Below, piece after piece: positions 40,951 to 54,273 of a stretch of 64,000 nt of DNA (position 1 is its first letter; each line of letters begins with the position of its first letter). Origin of the DNA: Octopus sinensis. Lineage: Eukaryota. The position numbers and the translations under genes were made by a program. The notes beneath the pieces were generated by a model. That model saw only the letters and a program-made list of their open reading frames with translations, was not told the DNA's origin and ran no database searches. The stretch covers positions 27,900,001-27,964,000 of the forward strand of contig NC_043000.1 in the NCBI RefSeq assembly GCF_006345805.1. Reading direction: 5' to 3'.

Positions 40951-42031
40951 AGATATACATATAATCATATAAACACATAGAGAAAAAGAAAGTAGTGGTA
41001 TAACGTATACTATTTATTTAAACTTATTGGGTGATTTTTAATACATTTTCGAGACAAGGGTTTCACACTACCGCAATCATACTTTACAAAGTATCGTATT
41101 TTTGTATTTTCTAGTTTGCCTTATATATTTTCTAGCTGGTTCATCATTATATCTATAGCTATCGTTTTCATGGATTGACTTCTAATGAAGTAATTTTAAC
41201 ATACTTAGTGTATTTACTCTTGTTATTGCTTTATTGCTGCATCGATTTGGGTTTACCAATTCAATGTCAATTGTTTATCATATTTTTTATTCGGCAGCTT
41301 GTTTATCAGTATATCAGTTTTCCGATTTCCATTTCCTGTTTATGTGAACTTTTTATATTGATTACCTAAATATCAAAGATTTTCTTTTTAATTTTGTTTC
41401 TATCTCTATCTTTTGACTAATACAAGTAAAATAACATATCGTTTTTGCATCGGCCACATCAGTAGTCATTCAGAATCTCCTTGTCCCTTTATAATCTCAT
41501 CCCGTTTGGCTAAATTCCGTCTTGATTTTCTAGAGCGACTTAACTTTTCATCCCTGATTTATTAGTCGGTTCAATGGTCGGCCAATATTAATTAACCTAT
41601 CGAATTCGTCATTCATATTTTGTTTCCCCTAATTTTCCATTTTCTCTGATTGATAAATTGATGTTTTATACCTGAAGTTGTAAAAATGTTCATTTTTTTT
41701 TACTCTATAGGGAATTTACATTATATATCAGGTGTCTCCAGATCGCTGCCCCATTTTCGTTTTTGTTGATATACTTGTTATTTCCTTTCTATTGTTACTG
41801 CTATTGTTATACCAGTAGATGTTTACTCAGCCTAATTAAAAATTAATAATACAACTATTCTTATCAGCTCATTTTCTTCACAATTTCATCATGAAGTGAT
41901 TTACATTTTCTATCCTAAAAGCAATATTACTGGTTTTAGGGTACCACATTTCCCCACTTACATTTCACGGCCCATCACTATGAGATGGATACTCCCCTTA
42001 TACATCTGGTAACAGTATCTCTCTTATTCTG

Positions 42032-42455
42032 TACTCTCTTTTACTTGTTTCAGTCATTTGACTGTGGCCATGGTGGAGCACCGCCTTTAGTCGAGCGAGG
42101 AAATAGACCCCAGGACTTATTCTTTGTAAGTCTAGTACTTATTCTCTCGTTCTCTTTTGCCAAACCGCTAAGTTACGAGGACGTAAACACACCAGCATTT
42201 GTTGTCAAGCAATGTTGTGGGGACAAACACAGACACACAAACATATACACGCACACACATACATGGACATATATATATAAACATATATATACGACGGGCT
42301 TCTTTCAGTTTCTGTCTACCAAATGCACTCAGAAGACTTTGGACGGCCCGAAGCTATAGTAGAATACACTTGCCCAAGGTGCCACACAGTGGGACTGAAC
42401 CTGGAACCACGTGGTTGGTAAGCAACCTACTCACCACACAGCCACTCCTACGCCT
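42032..42455 (-). mobile_element. SINE-A
   Basis: Full head and tail motifs. Confidence 0.9.
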
Positions 42456-42680
42456 ATCGTGTAGCAACGTTAAACAAAACAAAGAAATACATCTGCGAGT
42501 GCATTTGTAGACGATATATTATACATCAATGTGAAAACATCCTCAATTTTCGAGCAAAATTTGCAAAGTACCCCGTGTTCTCATACACATCCATAAGGTC
42601 CAGTGGTATTTCTGCTCTATTATCATCCAGCCTTAATAACCATAATGCTATAGATATACATATCTTCTTATATAAATACA

Positions 42681-42735
<55 letters not shown>

Positions 42736-42857
42736 GTAAAATAATATGTGACAATTATTCAATACCTAAGATAAAACTCTAAAGTTTCGGATGCCGAGAT
42801 GGAAATCCACAACTCCATCTCTTCGGTTATCTGGCCATATATATATATATATATATA

Positions 42858-42930
<73 letters not shown>

Positions 42931-43321
42931 GTATATGCATATATGCTTCTGAGTGTTTGGGTGTGTGTATGTTTGTACGTACGTGCGTGCGTGTGTGTAC
43001 GTGCGTGCATGTATGTGTTTGTGCGTGTGTGCGATATTTGTTCACATATCTTAATAAAAGTAGAAGCGATTTAATATTAAATTAGTTAAATGAATCTAAG
43101 ATCAATGTATTGTGTAAAAGCCATAAACACACCGGAGCAGGCGCTCACGATTATACACATGTAGGTAAGCACACGTACACACAGACACATGGACACACAC
43201 ACACACAGACGCAACAAACACCGACGCACACACACACATATACTTGTGTTTTCCAACATACGCACACATGTGTAACACATATACATATTCATAATACGTA
43301 TGCATATGAAATCTCTCTCTC

Positions 43322-43392
<71 letters not shown>

Positions 43393-43452
43393 TATATAAA
43401 TATATTTATATATATACATATATATATGTATATGTATATATATGTATGTATG

Positions 43453-43534
<82 letters not shown>

Positions 43535-43551
43535 CATATACATATACTTAT

Positions 43552-43606
<55 letters not shown>

Positions 43607-44270
43607 ATATATACATGTATGTAAATACATATTATGCGGATGTATATACGTATGTATTGACACAGAACATAAATTTAAATAGAAGTTTCATGTGTAACTA
43701 TTTATGAATAATGGATACACTTGAAACTTTCAATAAATAACTGGAAACTAAATATTTTATTACTGAATATTGTTAACGAAAAGAAACATTTTGATAAATT
43801 AAAATTTGGCAAGTTCTTACATTGAAATTCACCACGAATGCTATTGTCAGACTGCAATGAAGTTAATAGTATTAGATTTTGTTTTATTGGTTATGATAAA
43901 TGTATTAGCAATGTGATTATACAGGTGGTGGCGAATACCTAGTTTTTTTTGTTTGTTTTTTTTTTTTGTTAGTGGAACGGAGGGAGATGTGATTATGTTG
44001 TGCTAAAAGTGGACAAAGTGAAATACACTACATATATATATGTATGTATGTATATGGGGAGAGAGAGAGGGGGATGGAGAGTAATATTATGCATGATAGT
44101 GTATATGCATGTATACACATCTGTACGTTTGCTTGTGTCTGTGTTTGTACTACCCCGTAAGATGGTTTTCACGCTGACATAAACACACACACACACAAAT
44201 ATATATATATTTATATAATATATATATATGTATATATTTATATAATATATATTATATACATATATGTATA

Positions 44271-44323
<53 letters not shown>

Positions 44324-44335
44324 CTGTGTGTGTGT

Positions 44336-44366
<31 letters not shown>

Positions 44367-44679
44367 CATATATATGTATGCATATATATAATATATATAT
44401 GCGTATATATATATGTATGTGTGTGTACGTATGTATGTATATATGTATGTATGTATGAATGTAAGCATGTATGTATGTATGTATTTATGTATGAATGTAT
44501 GCATGTATGTATGTATGTATGTATGTATGTATGTAGGATGGATGGATGGATGGATGGATGGATGGATGGATGGATGGAGAATATTGTATAATGTTATATT
44601 AGAGAAAAGAGCAAAACCAAAACTGAACGAGTATCTCAAGTCTTTTAGAAGAATTTAATTAGGAAAAGTTGAATTGGAA

Positions 44680-44755
44680 GTCTTACAGCCGTTTCTCCAA
44701 TAACACAAGTGGTAGATTAGTATGTTCATGCAATGAGTATTCCGTCATCAGAAAC
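44680..44755 (-). ncRNA. Hammerhead ribozyme fold in PLE remnant
   Basis: rc: GTTT-CTGATGA-CGGAAT...GAAAC-GGCT-GTA-AGAC; same family as 1380-1437; stem II damaged. Confidence 0.6.
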
Positions 44756-45474
44756 AAGGTGTGAATATTTTAGACAGGGGAAATTAACAATTTATAAGGA
44801 ATAAAATAGATTCACAGTTTATATGGAATAAAATAAAAGAATGAAATTGTAGATAGAAGAATAACGAGTAAAGGTATATGGATGTTAGTCGGTACCTCTG
44901 TGAAGGTACAGGACCTTAATTAAAATCCCAGGTAAATTCAGGTAGTACTTCGGCAGTATTTTGAATGATGCTTTCATATTGAAGCGATTGTGTGTACATG
45001 TGTATATAGAGCGAGAATGTGAGATAGAGATAAATGGGTTTTGTGAGTGGGTGCATATGGTGAAGAAAGAGAGAGAGGTGAAAGGAATAAAAAGATAGGG
45101 TAACTGGGTAATATTAAGAATAAAGATAAAATAAAAGTAAAGGTAATGATAGAAACAAGCCAGCATTGCATCGAGGTGAGAGGTCAGATATTAAAGAGGG
45201 GAACGACCTAGGTGAGGTCAGAAAGGAGAATAGTTTCGTGTTTCGTACAGATATTTAAAATTATATTTCAAGCTTAATAGCAATTAAATTATACGAGATA
45301 AAGGATTAAGAATTAAAGTTAAATTCAAAATTTAAAATTTTAAATCTAAAATTAAAATTACAAGCTAAGAAAACTAAAGCCTGAAGAACTACAAAAACTA
45401 AACACTATTGAATTGAAACTTGCTACGTTCCAACATACTTAAGATAAAGGGAAGAGAAAGACCAAAAAGCGTAC

Positions 45475-45559
<85 letters not shown>

Positions 45560-45562
<3 letters not shown>

Positions 45563-45952
45563 TCTTTTTATACTCTTTTACTTGTTTTAGTCATTTGACT
45601 GCGGCCATGCTGAAGCACCGCCTTTAGTCGAGTAAATCGACCCCAGAACTTATTCTTTTTAAACCTAGTACTTATTCTATCGGTCTATTTTGCCGATCCG
45701 CTAAGTTACGGGGATGCAAACACACCAGCATCGGTTGTCAAGCGATGTTGGGGGGGGGAGACAAACACAGACACACAAACACACACACACATACATATAT
45801 ATACGACGGGCTTCTTTCAGTTTCCGTTTACCATGTCCATTCACAAGGCTTTGGTGGGCCCGAGGCTATAGGAGAAGACACTTGCGCAAGGTGCCATGCA
45901 GTGGGACTGAATCCGGAACCATGTAGTTTGTAAGCAAGCTACTTACCACACA
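45560..45952 (-). mobile_element. SINE-A
   Basis: Tail and most of head present. Confidence 0.9.
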
Positions 45953-46115
45953 TGTATATAGTAGAAATTTATTGTAAAAGCAAAGGACGAAGACAGGTGT
46001 ATAGACAACAAGCAGGTGTATTAGTTTGACGCTCGGGAAAGTGAGAAAGACTTTTATGTTTCGAGACTACGCTCTTCTACAGAAAGGGACATAGAAGAAA
46101 ACAAGGAGAGGAAAA
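45953..46115 (-). mobile_element. PLE-derived repeat with hammerhead-like motif (46051-46086)
   Basis: rc: CTTT-CTGTAGA-AGAGCGTAGTCTC-GAAAC-ATA-AAAG. Confidence 0.55.
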
Positions 46116-47589
46116 ATATGTGTAGTGGCTACCGATCTATCATGGCGACTATATATGTGTGCATATATATATACACATACACATGCACATATATATATAT
46201 ATATATAGGTATATATATATATGTATATAGGTCTATATATAGGTATATATATAGCTATATATATATATACATGTGCATATATAACTTTATACATATGCAG
46301 CTATAGGTGTGTGCGTGTGTGTGTGTGTGTTTATGTCTGTATACACATACATACGCATACATACACATGTAAACAGACATAAATAATTTTGATTTATTCT
46401 TTATCATCTTCATTCCCATTTAGCGTCACTCTCTCTACCCTACTCTCATTTGAATATCAACTACCACCTTCCTCCTTATCGCCCCCTCTCACTTTCACTC
46501 TCTCTCTCTCCTATTCTATTCTATTCTCTTCAATTTTATTCTTCAAATATTTGTCTAACAAAACCCACCTTGTTGACTAGCTCGATTGGAGGAAAAAAAA
46601 GCGCTTGTATGTCACGTAGTTTGTTCGAAATTCGAAGCGTGGACTAGCATATTGTGACGATGGCGGCAAGGGTTATGATTCTGTTTGTCATGTTGGCGCG
46701 GTGTTGCGGAAGTCGGTAGCGATATGATATATACCGTACAGTTTAACGGATGTCGATGATGGCTGTGCAGGAAGCGGATCTAGTGCCTCTGGTCATGTTG
46801 CTATTATGCATAGTAGTGCCTATGATGATGTAGGATCTTTGAATGTCGTGTTTGTAGTTATGGTCAGAATATTGATAATTGCAACGTATTGTGGTGCATA
46901 TGAATTTAGCAATGTTAGCAGTGATTATTTTCCTTATATAGTAGTTTTCGTTGTGTTTGTTTCTTGTTTTATACAGTGACATCAATGACAATGAAGATAA
47001 TTGCGGTATGATATGTTGATTGTAGTTCAGGGTGTGGTTATGATTGAACTGTTAATGGCCTCACAAATAATGGCGACGTTTATAGACATAGAAGTCACGA
47101 ACTTTTGCACAAGCATTCTCTCCGTTTCTACCCAGTTCACTGGTATCACACAATATAACAGCAATGAAGCTAGTGTTGGCTATGATGATGATGATGATGA
47201 TCACGATGATCACGATGATCACGATCATCTTCATAATCATGATCATGATCATGTTGTCAGTAGTGGTTGAAATGACGGCTCCATTATTAATAGAAGCAAT
47301 TATACAAATTGAGCTACTGCTGGTATTTTTTTTGTTTTGTTTTGTTTTTTGGTGTACTTTTTTTTGCTTAGCTCAACCGTGGTCGATGAGACCTCGGGTC
47401 GAATGAAATCTAACCATGGCCATCCGGTACACTCAAGTAGTTAATCTAAGAATATATTAAGGGATCTGCCTTTTATTTTTTTTAAGAACTTTTAATATGC
47501 TTTGAGAAAGATTTGGCTCTTATCTCTAGCAGATCGATTATGATGTTTGTGTTCTTATTGTTGTTCTTATTATTGTTAATATTTTCATA

Positions 47590-47751
47590 GTAGCAGTAAC
47601 AGCAGCAGCAGTAGTAGTAGTAGTTCTTTTTGTAATAGCAGCAGCAACAGCAGTAGTGGTAGTAGTTGTTGTAGTAGTAGTAGTTCTTGTAATAGCAGCA
47701 GCAGTAATAGTAGTAATAGTAGTAGTAGTTCTTGTAATAGCAGTAGTAGTA

Positions 47752-47793
<42 letters not shown>

Positions 47794-47810
47794 TTTCTTG
47801 TTGTAATAGC

Positions 47811-47870
<60 letters not shown>

Positions 47871-47885
47871 CAGTAGCAGTAGTAT
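47590..47885. repeat. (GTA)n/(GCA)n trinucleotide repeat field
   Basis: Direct observation. Confidence 0.95.
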
Positions 47886-48552
47886 TGGTGGTGTTTGGGC
47901 GCTGCTCTCGGTGATTGTGCAATGTTAACAACAACAACGCCCGAGTGGAGAGGCGGGACGGATGAAACGGTTTGTTATATTAAGACGAAGTAATCGAGGA
48001 AGAAGTCAGAGGAGAAAGACGTAGCAGAGAAGATCAGTCTTTCTCTCCCCCCCTCCTCTCTCTCTACCTATCTATGCTCACATATGTATATATATATATA
48101 TTATATATATATAAATATATATTATATATATATTTATATATATGCGCATGCATATTGTGTGTGTGCCTGTGTCCACCTACCCCTCATCGGGTTTGTGGAC
48201 AGGGGAGGGTGAAAAGCGGATTGTTGTGTTTCTTTCTCTTCTTTTCCTTTCATTTTTATTAATCTTTATTTGGCACTCTTTTATTTTATTCGGTTTCCTT
48301 GGTAACGAGATTGATTGATTAAGTGCTGAGTCATTTTTGGAACAATTAAATAATGTGATAATCTACCAATAAAGATGTAGATTAAGCTACGTTCTACCGA
48401 TAATCGATTCTAGTAAGTGAACTCTGCATTAATAATCTTATTGTTTTATAAAAGATTTTGTATTTTCTTGAGTGAATTGGAAGCCATACACACGTAATCG
48501 CATTCACGCATGCATTTTACATATACATATGCGTGTATGTGTATAATGTAAA

Positions 48553-48668
<116 letters not shown>

Positions 48669-48704
48669 TATATATATATATATATATATATATTATGTAT
48701 ATAT

Positions 48705-49107
48705 GGGCGCAGGAGTGGTTGTGTGGTAAGTAGCTTGTTTACCAACACATGGTTCCGGGTTCAGTCCCACTGCGTGGCACCTTGGGCAAGTGTCTTCTAC
48801 TAAAGCCTCGGGACAACCAAAGCCTTGTGAGTGGATTTGGTAGACGGAAAATGAAAGAAACCCATCGTTTATATTTATGTGTGTAGACGGAAAATGAAAG
48901 AAACCCATCGTTTATATGTATGTGTGTCAGTGTCTTCCCCATCTCCAACATCAAATGACAACCGATGCTGGTGTGTTTACGTCCCTGTAACTTAGAATAA
49001 GTACTAGGTTTACGAAGAATAAGTCCTGGTGTCGATTTGCTCGACTAAAGGCGGTGCCCCAGCATGGCCGCAGCCAAATGACTGAAACAAGTACAAGAGT
49101 AAAAGAG
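48705..49107 (+). mobile_element. SINE-A with internal ~43 bp duplication
   Basis: GTAGACGGAAAATGAAAGAAACCCATCGTTTATAT twice. Confidence 0.9.
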
Positions 49108-49154
49108 ATTATACGTATGTATAGTATGTATATATGTATTGCGTATGCTTGTAT

Positions 49155-49494
49155 GTGGAGGCGCAATGGCCCTGTGGTTAGGGTAGTGGACTTGCCGTCG
49201 TAGGATCGCAGTTTTGATCCCCAAACTGTGAATCACCTAAAGCGAATACCTAAAGCTGCACGTGGCTCCGGCAAGGGGTAGGGTAGGGAAACCTGCTGCA
49301 CCATTTCCCCACAAGTTTCTCTCTTTTCTTCCTGTTTCTGTTGTACTTGTATTTCAAAGGGCCAGCCTTGTCACACTCTGTGTCACGCTGGATCTCTCCG
49401 AGAACTACGCTAACAATACACGTGTCACGACCAGGCTGTTCCGTTGATCGGATCGACTGGAGCAGTCACCGTCGTAATCGACGGAGTGCTACAA
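49155..49494 (+). mobile_element. SINE-B variant (different head/body, shared tail)
   Basis: GGAGGCGCAATGGCCCTGTGGTTAG head; TTGTACTTGTATTTCAAAGGGCCAGCC...CCGAGAACTACG tail as at 13318-13390. Confidence 0.8.
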
Positions 49495-49662
49495 TGTATG
49501 TATGTATGTATGTATGTATGTATGTATGTATGTATGTATGTATGTATGTATGTATGTATGTGTGTATGTATGGGAGTTGAACAAGTTTACAAACATATAT
49601 TCATACACGTATCCATATGTACGGCTAATTTCAAAAGTCTAATTACGAGCTATTAATGAGAC

Positions 49663-49903
49663 ACTGTCTTTTACACTTTTACTTGTTTCACTCATGTGAA
49701 TGTGGCCATGCTGGAGCACGGCCTTTAGTCGAGCAAATCGACCCCAGGACTTTTTCTTTGTAAGCCTAGTACTTATCCTATTGGTTTCTTTTGCCGAACC
49801 GCTACGTTACGGGGACGTAAACACACCAGCATCGGTTGTCAAGCGATGTGGAGGGACAAACACAGACACACAAACATACACACACCACACACACACAACA
49901 CAA

Positions 49904-49944
<41 letters not shown>

Positions 49945-50014
49945 ATATATATATATATATACACACATATATACGACGGGCTTCTTTCAGTTTCCGTCTA
50001 CCAAATCCACTCAC
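49663..50014 (-). mobile_element. SINE-A, head truncated
   Basis: Tail and central motifs. Confidence 0.88.
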
Positions 50015-50102
50015 GATACCGGTTGTCAAGCGATTCTAGAGGACAAATACAAGCATAAAGACACACACACATACACTCACGCACACAAACATATATTATA
50101 TA

Positions 50103-50607
50103 CTAGCAGTATCGCCCGGCGTTGCTCGGGTTTGTAAGGGAAATAACTATATAAGCATTTTTAGAGAGTTACTTCCCTTATAAATTCGGGCTTTCTTAGC
50201 CATTTTTGTTTTGGTGTCTTCAAGCCATGAAGTCGTTGTTCTAAAAGAACGCTGGTTTCCTTCACAACGCATTACGACGTTGATTTCTTTACTCTCCCTT
50301 CCCCACAGCTTCACGAGGGAGGGAAGGGGGAGAAGCAACAGGTGCAGCTGTGAGCGTGGACGCCAACTCCGCCGCCATCGACATACGATGCATTTTATGC
50401 ATTAAAATGGAATAAAAAATGATGTTAAATTATTTTTAAAATCGTAGACTCATCGTTGACGCGCGCTAATAGTCAGACGAGCTCGATATGAATCACGACT
50501 ATAAGATATCCGAATTTGGTTAAACTGCACCGCAAAATGTGGGAGGAGTTAGGAATCTAAATCGAAGGGGACAGACACTCACACAACTAGAGTTTTATAT
50601 ATATAGA
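50103..50607 (-). mobile_element. Non-autonomous Helitron
   Basis: Minus strand A|TCTATATATATAAAACTC ... hairpin CCCGAGCAACGCCGGG ... CTAG|T. Confidence 0.88.
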
Positions 50608-50950
50608 TATATACATACATACATACATACATGCATACATACATATATTGTGTAGTGAGATATACGTTAGAGGTAATGTAACCCTCTGAGGGATAGATGT
50701 ATCCATAGGCACTCCTGGTGTATTACCTCAGTATGTCTGGTCCTTGTTATAAGGTATACGGTAGTAGGTAATTTAAAAGTAAAACCGTGGTTTAATATAG
50801 AGAGAGACGATAAGAACATGATCATTGGTGTTTTAAAGTCACTATTTAATTAAATAATGACTTGGAAACACCAATGATCCACTTCTCATTCTTAATTAGT
50901 GCCCTATTTCTTATCACTCTCTCTCTCGCTCTCTCTCTCTATATTATATA

Positions 50951-51016
<66 letters not shown>

Positions 51017-51047
51017 GTACGTATATATATATAGGTATATATTATAT

Positions 51048-51116
<69 letters not shown>

Positions 51117-51286
51117 ACATAAGAGGGATCAGCCATCTGAATGTGGCTAGGGTCAGGGCGGGGTGGTGGGGGTGTTACTGATGCATTTAGCCCCAGGCGA
51201 ACATCGACGTCACCAGAAGAGCTGACACCATCTCGGTGTCCTTGCCAGCCAGCAAAGGGAGATCAGCCCCCGAAGATACGGATACA

Positions 51287-51329
51287 CACACGGACCGGTT
51301 TCGAGGTTATTGCCTCTTGTCAACGTATG
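51287..51329 (-). ncRNA. Minimal type I hammerhead ribozyme, U3-A8 core variant
   Basis: rc: CATACG-TTGACAA-GAGG-CAATAA-CCTC-GAAAC-CG-GTC-CGTGTG; 6 bp helix I, 4 bp stem II, GUC site, palindrome ACCGGT. Confidence 0.82.
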
Positions 51330-51501
51330 GTAAGCACCGCTCTTCGTGAGGGACTTCTCTACCGGCTGGATATATATAGATTTTCACAGTAACCACAGTC
51401 ACTGGCCTAGAAAATCTGTTCGAAAACAATAATAAATCTCTGGGCGAGATATAAACTGCTCTATAACATAAGAGGGATCAGCCATCTAATGTGGTGCTTA
51501 C

Positions 51502-51544
51502 CATACGTTGACAAGAGGCAATAACCGGGAAACCGGTCCGTGTG
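51502..51544 (+). ncRNA. Second copy of the same hammerhead, stem II damaged
   Basis: CATACG-TTGACAA-GAGG-CAATAA-CCGG-GAAAC-CG-GTC-CGTGTG. Confidence 0.7.
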
Positions 51545-51844
51545 TGTAGTATCCGTATCTTCGGGGAGGCTGATCTCCCTTTGCTGGCTGGCCGGACACC
51601 GAGATGGTGTCAGCTCTTCTGGTGACGTCGATGTTCGCCTGGGGCTAAAATGCATCAGTAACACCCCACCACCCGCCCCTGACCCTAGCCACATTCAGAT
51701 GGCTGATCCCTCTTATGTGTATAGAGCAGTTACTGTTTATATCTCGCCCAGAGATTATTATTGTATATATAATTTATATATGATATATAATATATATATA
51801 TATATATAATATATATGATATATATATATATATATATATATATC

Positions 51845-51995
51845 TACGACGGGGCTTCGCCAGTTTTCACCTACTAAATCCACTCACAAGTTTTCGATCT
51901 ACTCGAAGCTATAGTAATAGACGCTCGGTGAATGTGCCACACAGTAGAAACGTACCCGAAAGCAGGTGGTTGGGATGCAAGCTTCTTACCACACA
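51845..51995 (-). mobile_element. Degenerate SINE-A head half
   Basis: AAATCCACTCACAAG...CTTACCACAC. Confidence 0.65.
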
Positions 51996-52339
51996 TTCAA
52001 TTCTGCTCGCAAATGATTACATAATTACAGTACCACTTTCAATGAGCTGCATCCGAGAAACACTTCCGCACACCTCGCCAGATATCTCTGTCCCCCGTTA
52101 GCTTAGTTGGCTGCTTAGTTCCTTGTTGCACATACCATCACTATAGCTAAATGGTCTTCATCATGCATTAAGGCGTAGAAGTTTCAATATGTACTTAGGT
52201 ATACGTGTGTATGTATATGTATATGTATATACGTGTGTATGTATATGTATATACATATATATATATATGTATGTATATATATATATATATATGAATCTAT
52301 CTGTCTATCTATCTATCTATTTATCTATCTATCTCTCTA

Positions 52340-52385
<46 letters not shown>

Positions 52386-53499
52386 TATACATATATATAT
52401 ATGTATATATATGTATACATATATAGATAGAAACATACATATATGCATATATATCCATATAGACATAAATGTTTGTATGTGTGTGTATCATATGTATGTG
52501 TTATGTATGTATATATGTATGTATATATGTATGTATGTATATATGAATGTATGTATATATATTTATGTATATATATATACATGTATCCGCAGATAGGTGA
52601 TGATGGTAATATATGTTTGATATTCTTATTGTCTGTGAATCTTTTCCATTCCTTAGAGACTAGTTGTACAGCGATATCGTTCAGTTTCGTAGGGTTGAAT
52701 TTGTTAAAGGGTTCTTGAATTATGACGTTATTGTTCCTTACATTATGACATATATTGATACTGCCTGTTTGCCTTCACTGTTAGTCTAATTATATTAGGA
52801 TAATATTTAATTATGGGCTTTTAGTTTTGGGAGACTTTGGGGCAAAAAAAAAATCATATTGCGATCGATGGATCAAAAGAATATTGGTGCTAACAAATAA
52901 TAAAAACAGCAATCAAATTAAAACATAACCTCATATTGTTGTTCGGGACAACAGTAAAGAAAAAAACTGCTTTTTCTACTAATCAATGTGGCAAGTGAAA
53001 TATAGAAGAAAAAGCAGCCGATAGCGGAGCGTGTATGTGGAGTCTTCCATTCCAGTAGCTAAAGTACGCGCTCAGGTTTATAATTATTGTTGTTAAAGCT
53101 GAAAAATATGTAACAAACGCTTGGGGAAAACACGGTTTAATTTCGATTTTTAGGGAAAGAAAACATCTCTAGAATGTACGCAATGTGCTCGATCATTCTA
53201 TCTGGAATAATAAAATTTTACAAGAATTAATACTTAGGGAAAGGATGGCGATAAGAGGACGCACTAAGTTTTTGCATATGTTTTCTTTAAAGCCTCGCCA
53301 ATGAGATGCTAATTGAGAACAGAACACACACACATACATTCATCCTAGATATATTTATAGAAAACACACTTGGTGCGGCTATATAGTTGCAGACTGTATA
53401 GACTATATAGACTGTAGTAAGTGATAATATTCCGAACCGCATGGAACAATGTTCAGTTCCACTGCATGAAACCATGGACAAGTATCTTCTACTCTACTC

Positions 53500-53820
53500 T
53501 CAGGCCAACAGTGAACAACATGAAATACGAAATCAAAGGAGTTAAATACACAAACAACGAGAGAAACAAATGGAAAACAAGACAAGTAACATAAAGAACG
53601 ACCCTTCATCAGCTGTCGGCTGCGTTACTCCTCACTTCGGGCATTCAACGACAATATGAGTCTTCGAAGACAGTCGCTCTTTATAAGTACCTAAACAAAA
53701 TTTGGGATTTATGTAGGGTCAAATTTGGGATCAAAAACAGGACAGTGGACACATACAAGGAAACCGAACGAAAACAAACATGAAGGGCCATATACGAATA
53801 TTCAGACACATAGATATAAG
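53500..53820 (-). mobile_element. Probable PLE-derived repeat remnant
   Basis: rc contains CTGATGAAGGG without downstream GAAA; composition like other pLTR remnants. Confidence 0.35.
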
Positions 53821-54197
53821 TTGTGTGTGTGTGGGGGGTTACATTTTTATATACATTTATAATTACTGTACATATGGGGCTGTCTCATTATTTCGATGTA
53901 AAAGCTTTGTTGCTTGGTGAAAAGCTATTATTTCTATAATTGCGAACTTTAAAGAAGAAACCCAATGTGAACTGAATTACTTTGATACAAGCATTTGTTT
54001 TGTGTATAGGTTACTATATGTATTTGCATCTCTGTGTGCGTGTATGTATATGCGTATGTAAAGAGGGGGAGCTGAGATGAGAGGTAGTGAAAGAGAGAGT
54101 GAGAGGCAAATATATTAACATAAACTCGTATACAAATCTAAATCACATCTATAACTTTTAGACATATATTAGACACACAGACACATATTTCACCCCC

Positions 54198-54199
54198 TC

Positions 54200-54272
<73 letters not shown>
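54198..54272. repeat. (CTAT)n tetranucleotide microsatellite
   Basis: Direct observation. Confidence 0.95.

Positions 54273-54273
<1 letters not shown>

Larger units (their letters stand above)
51113..51764. mobile_element. Retrozyme-like element: ~349 bp tandem unit (1.1 copies, minus) fused to inverted ~0.8 copy
   Basis: TATAACATAAGAGGGATCAGCCATCT at 51113 and 51462; 51493-51764 is rc of the unit; flanked by (TA)n; non-coding. Confidence 0.8.

Noticed and set aside
47377-47419. Hammerhead-like hairpin CCGTGGT-CGATGA-GACC/GGTC-GAAT...ACCATGG
   Set aside because: Core lacks U4 and A15.1; may be an ordinary repeat-tail hairpin
47061-47937. Poly-T/A/Y/V/S/D/H ORFs
   Set aside because: Trinucleotide repeats open in several frames on both strands; no splice context or domain
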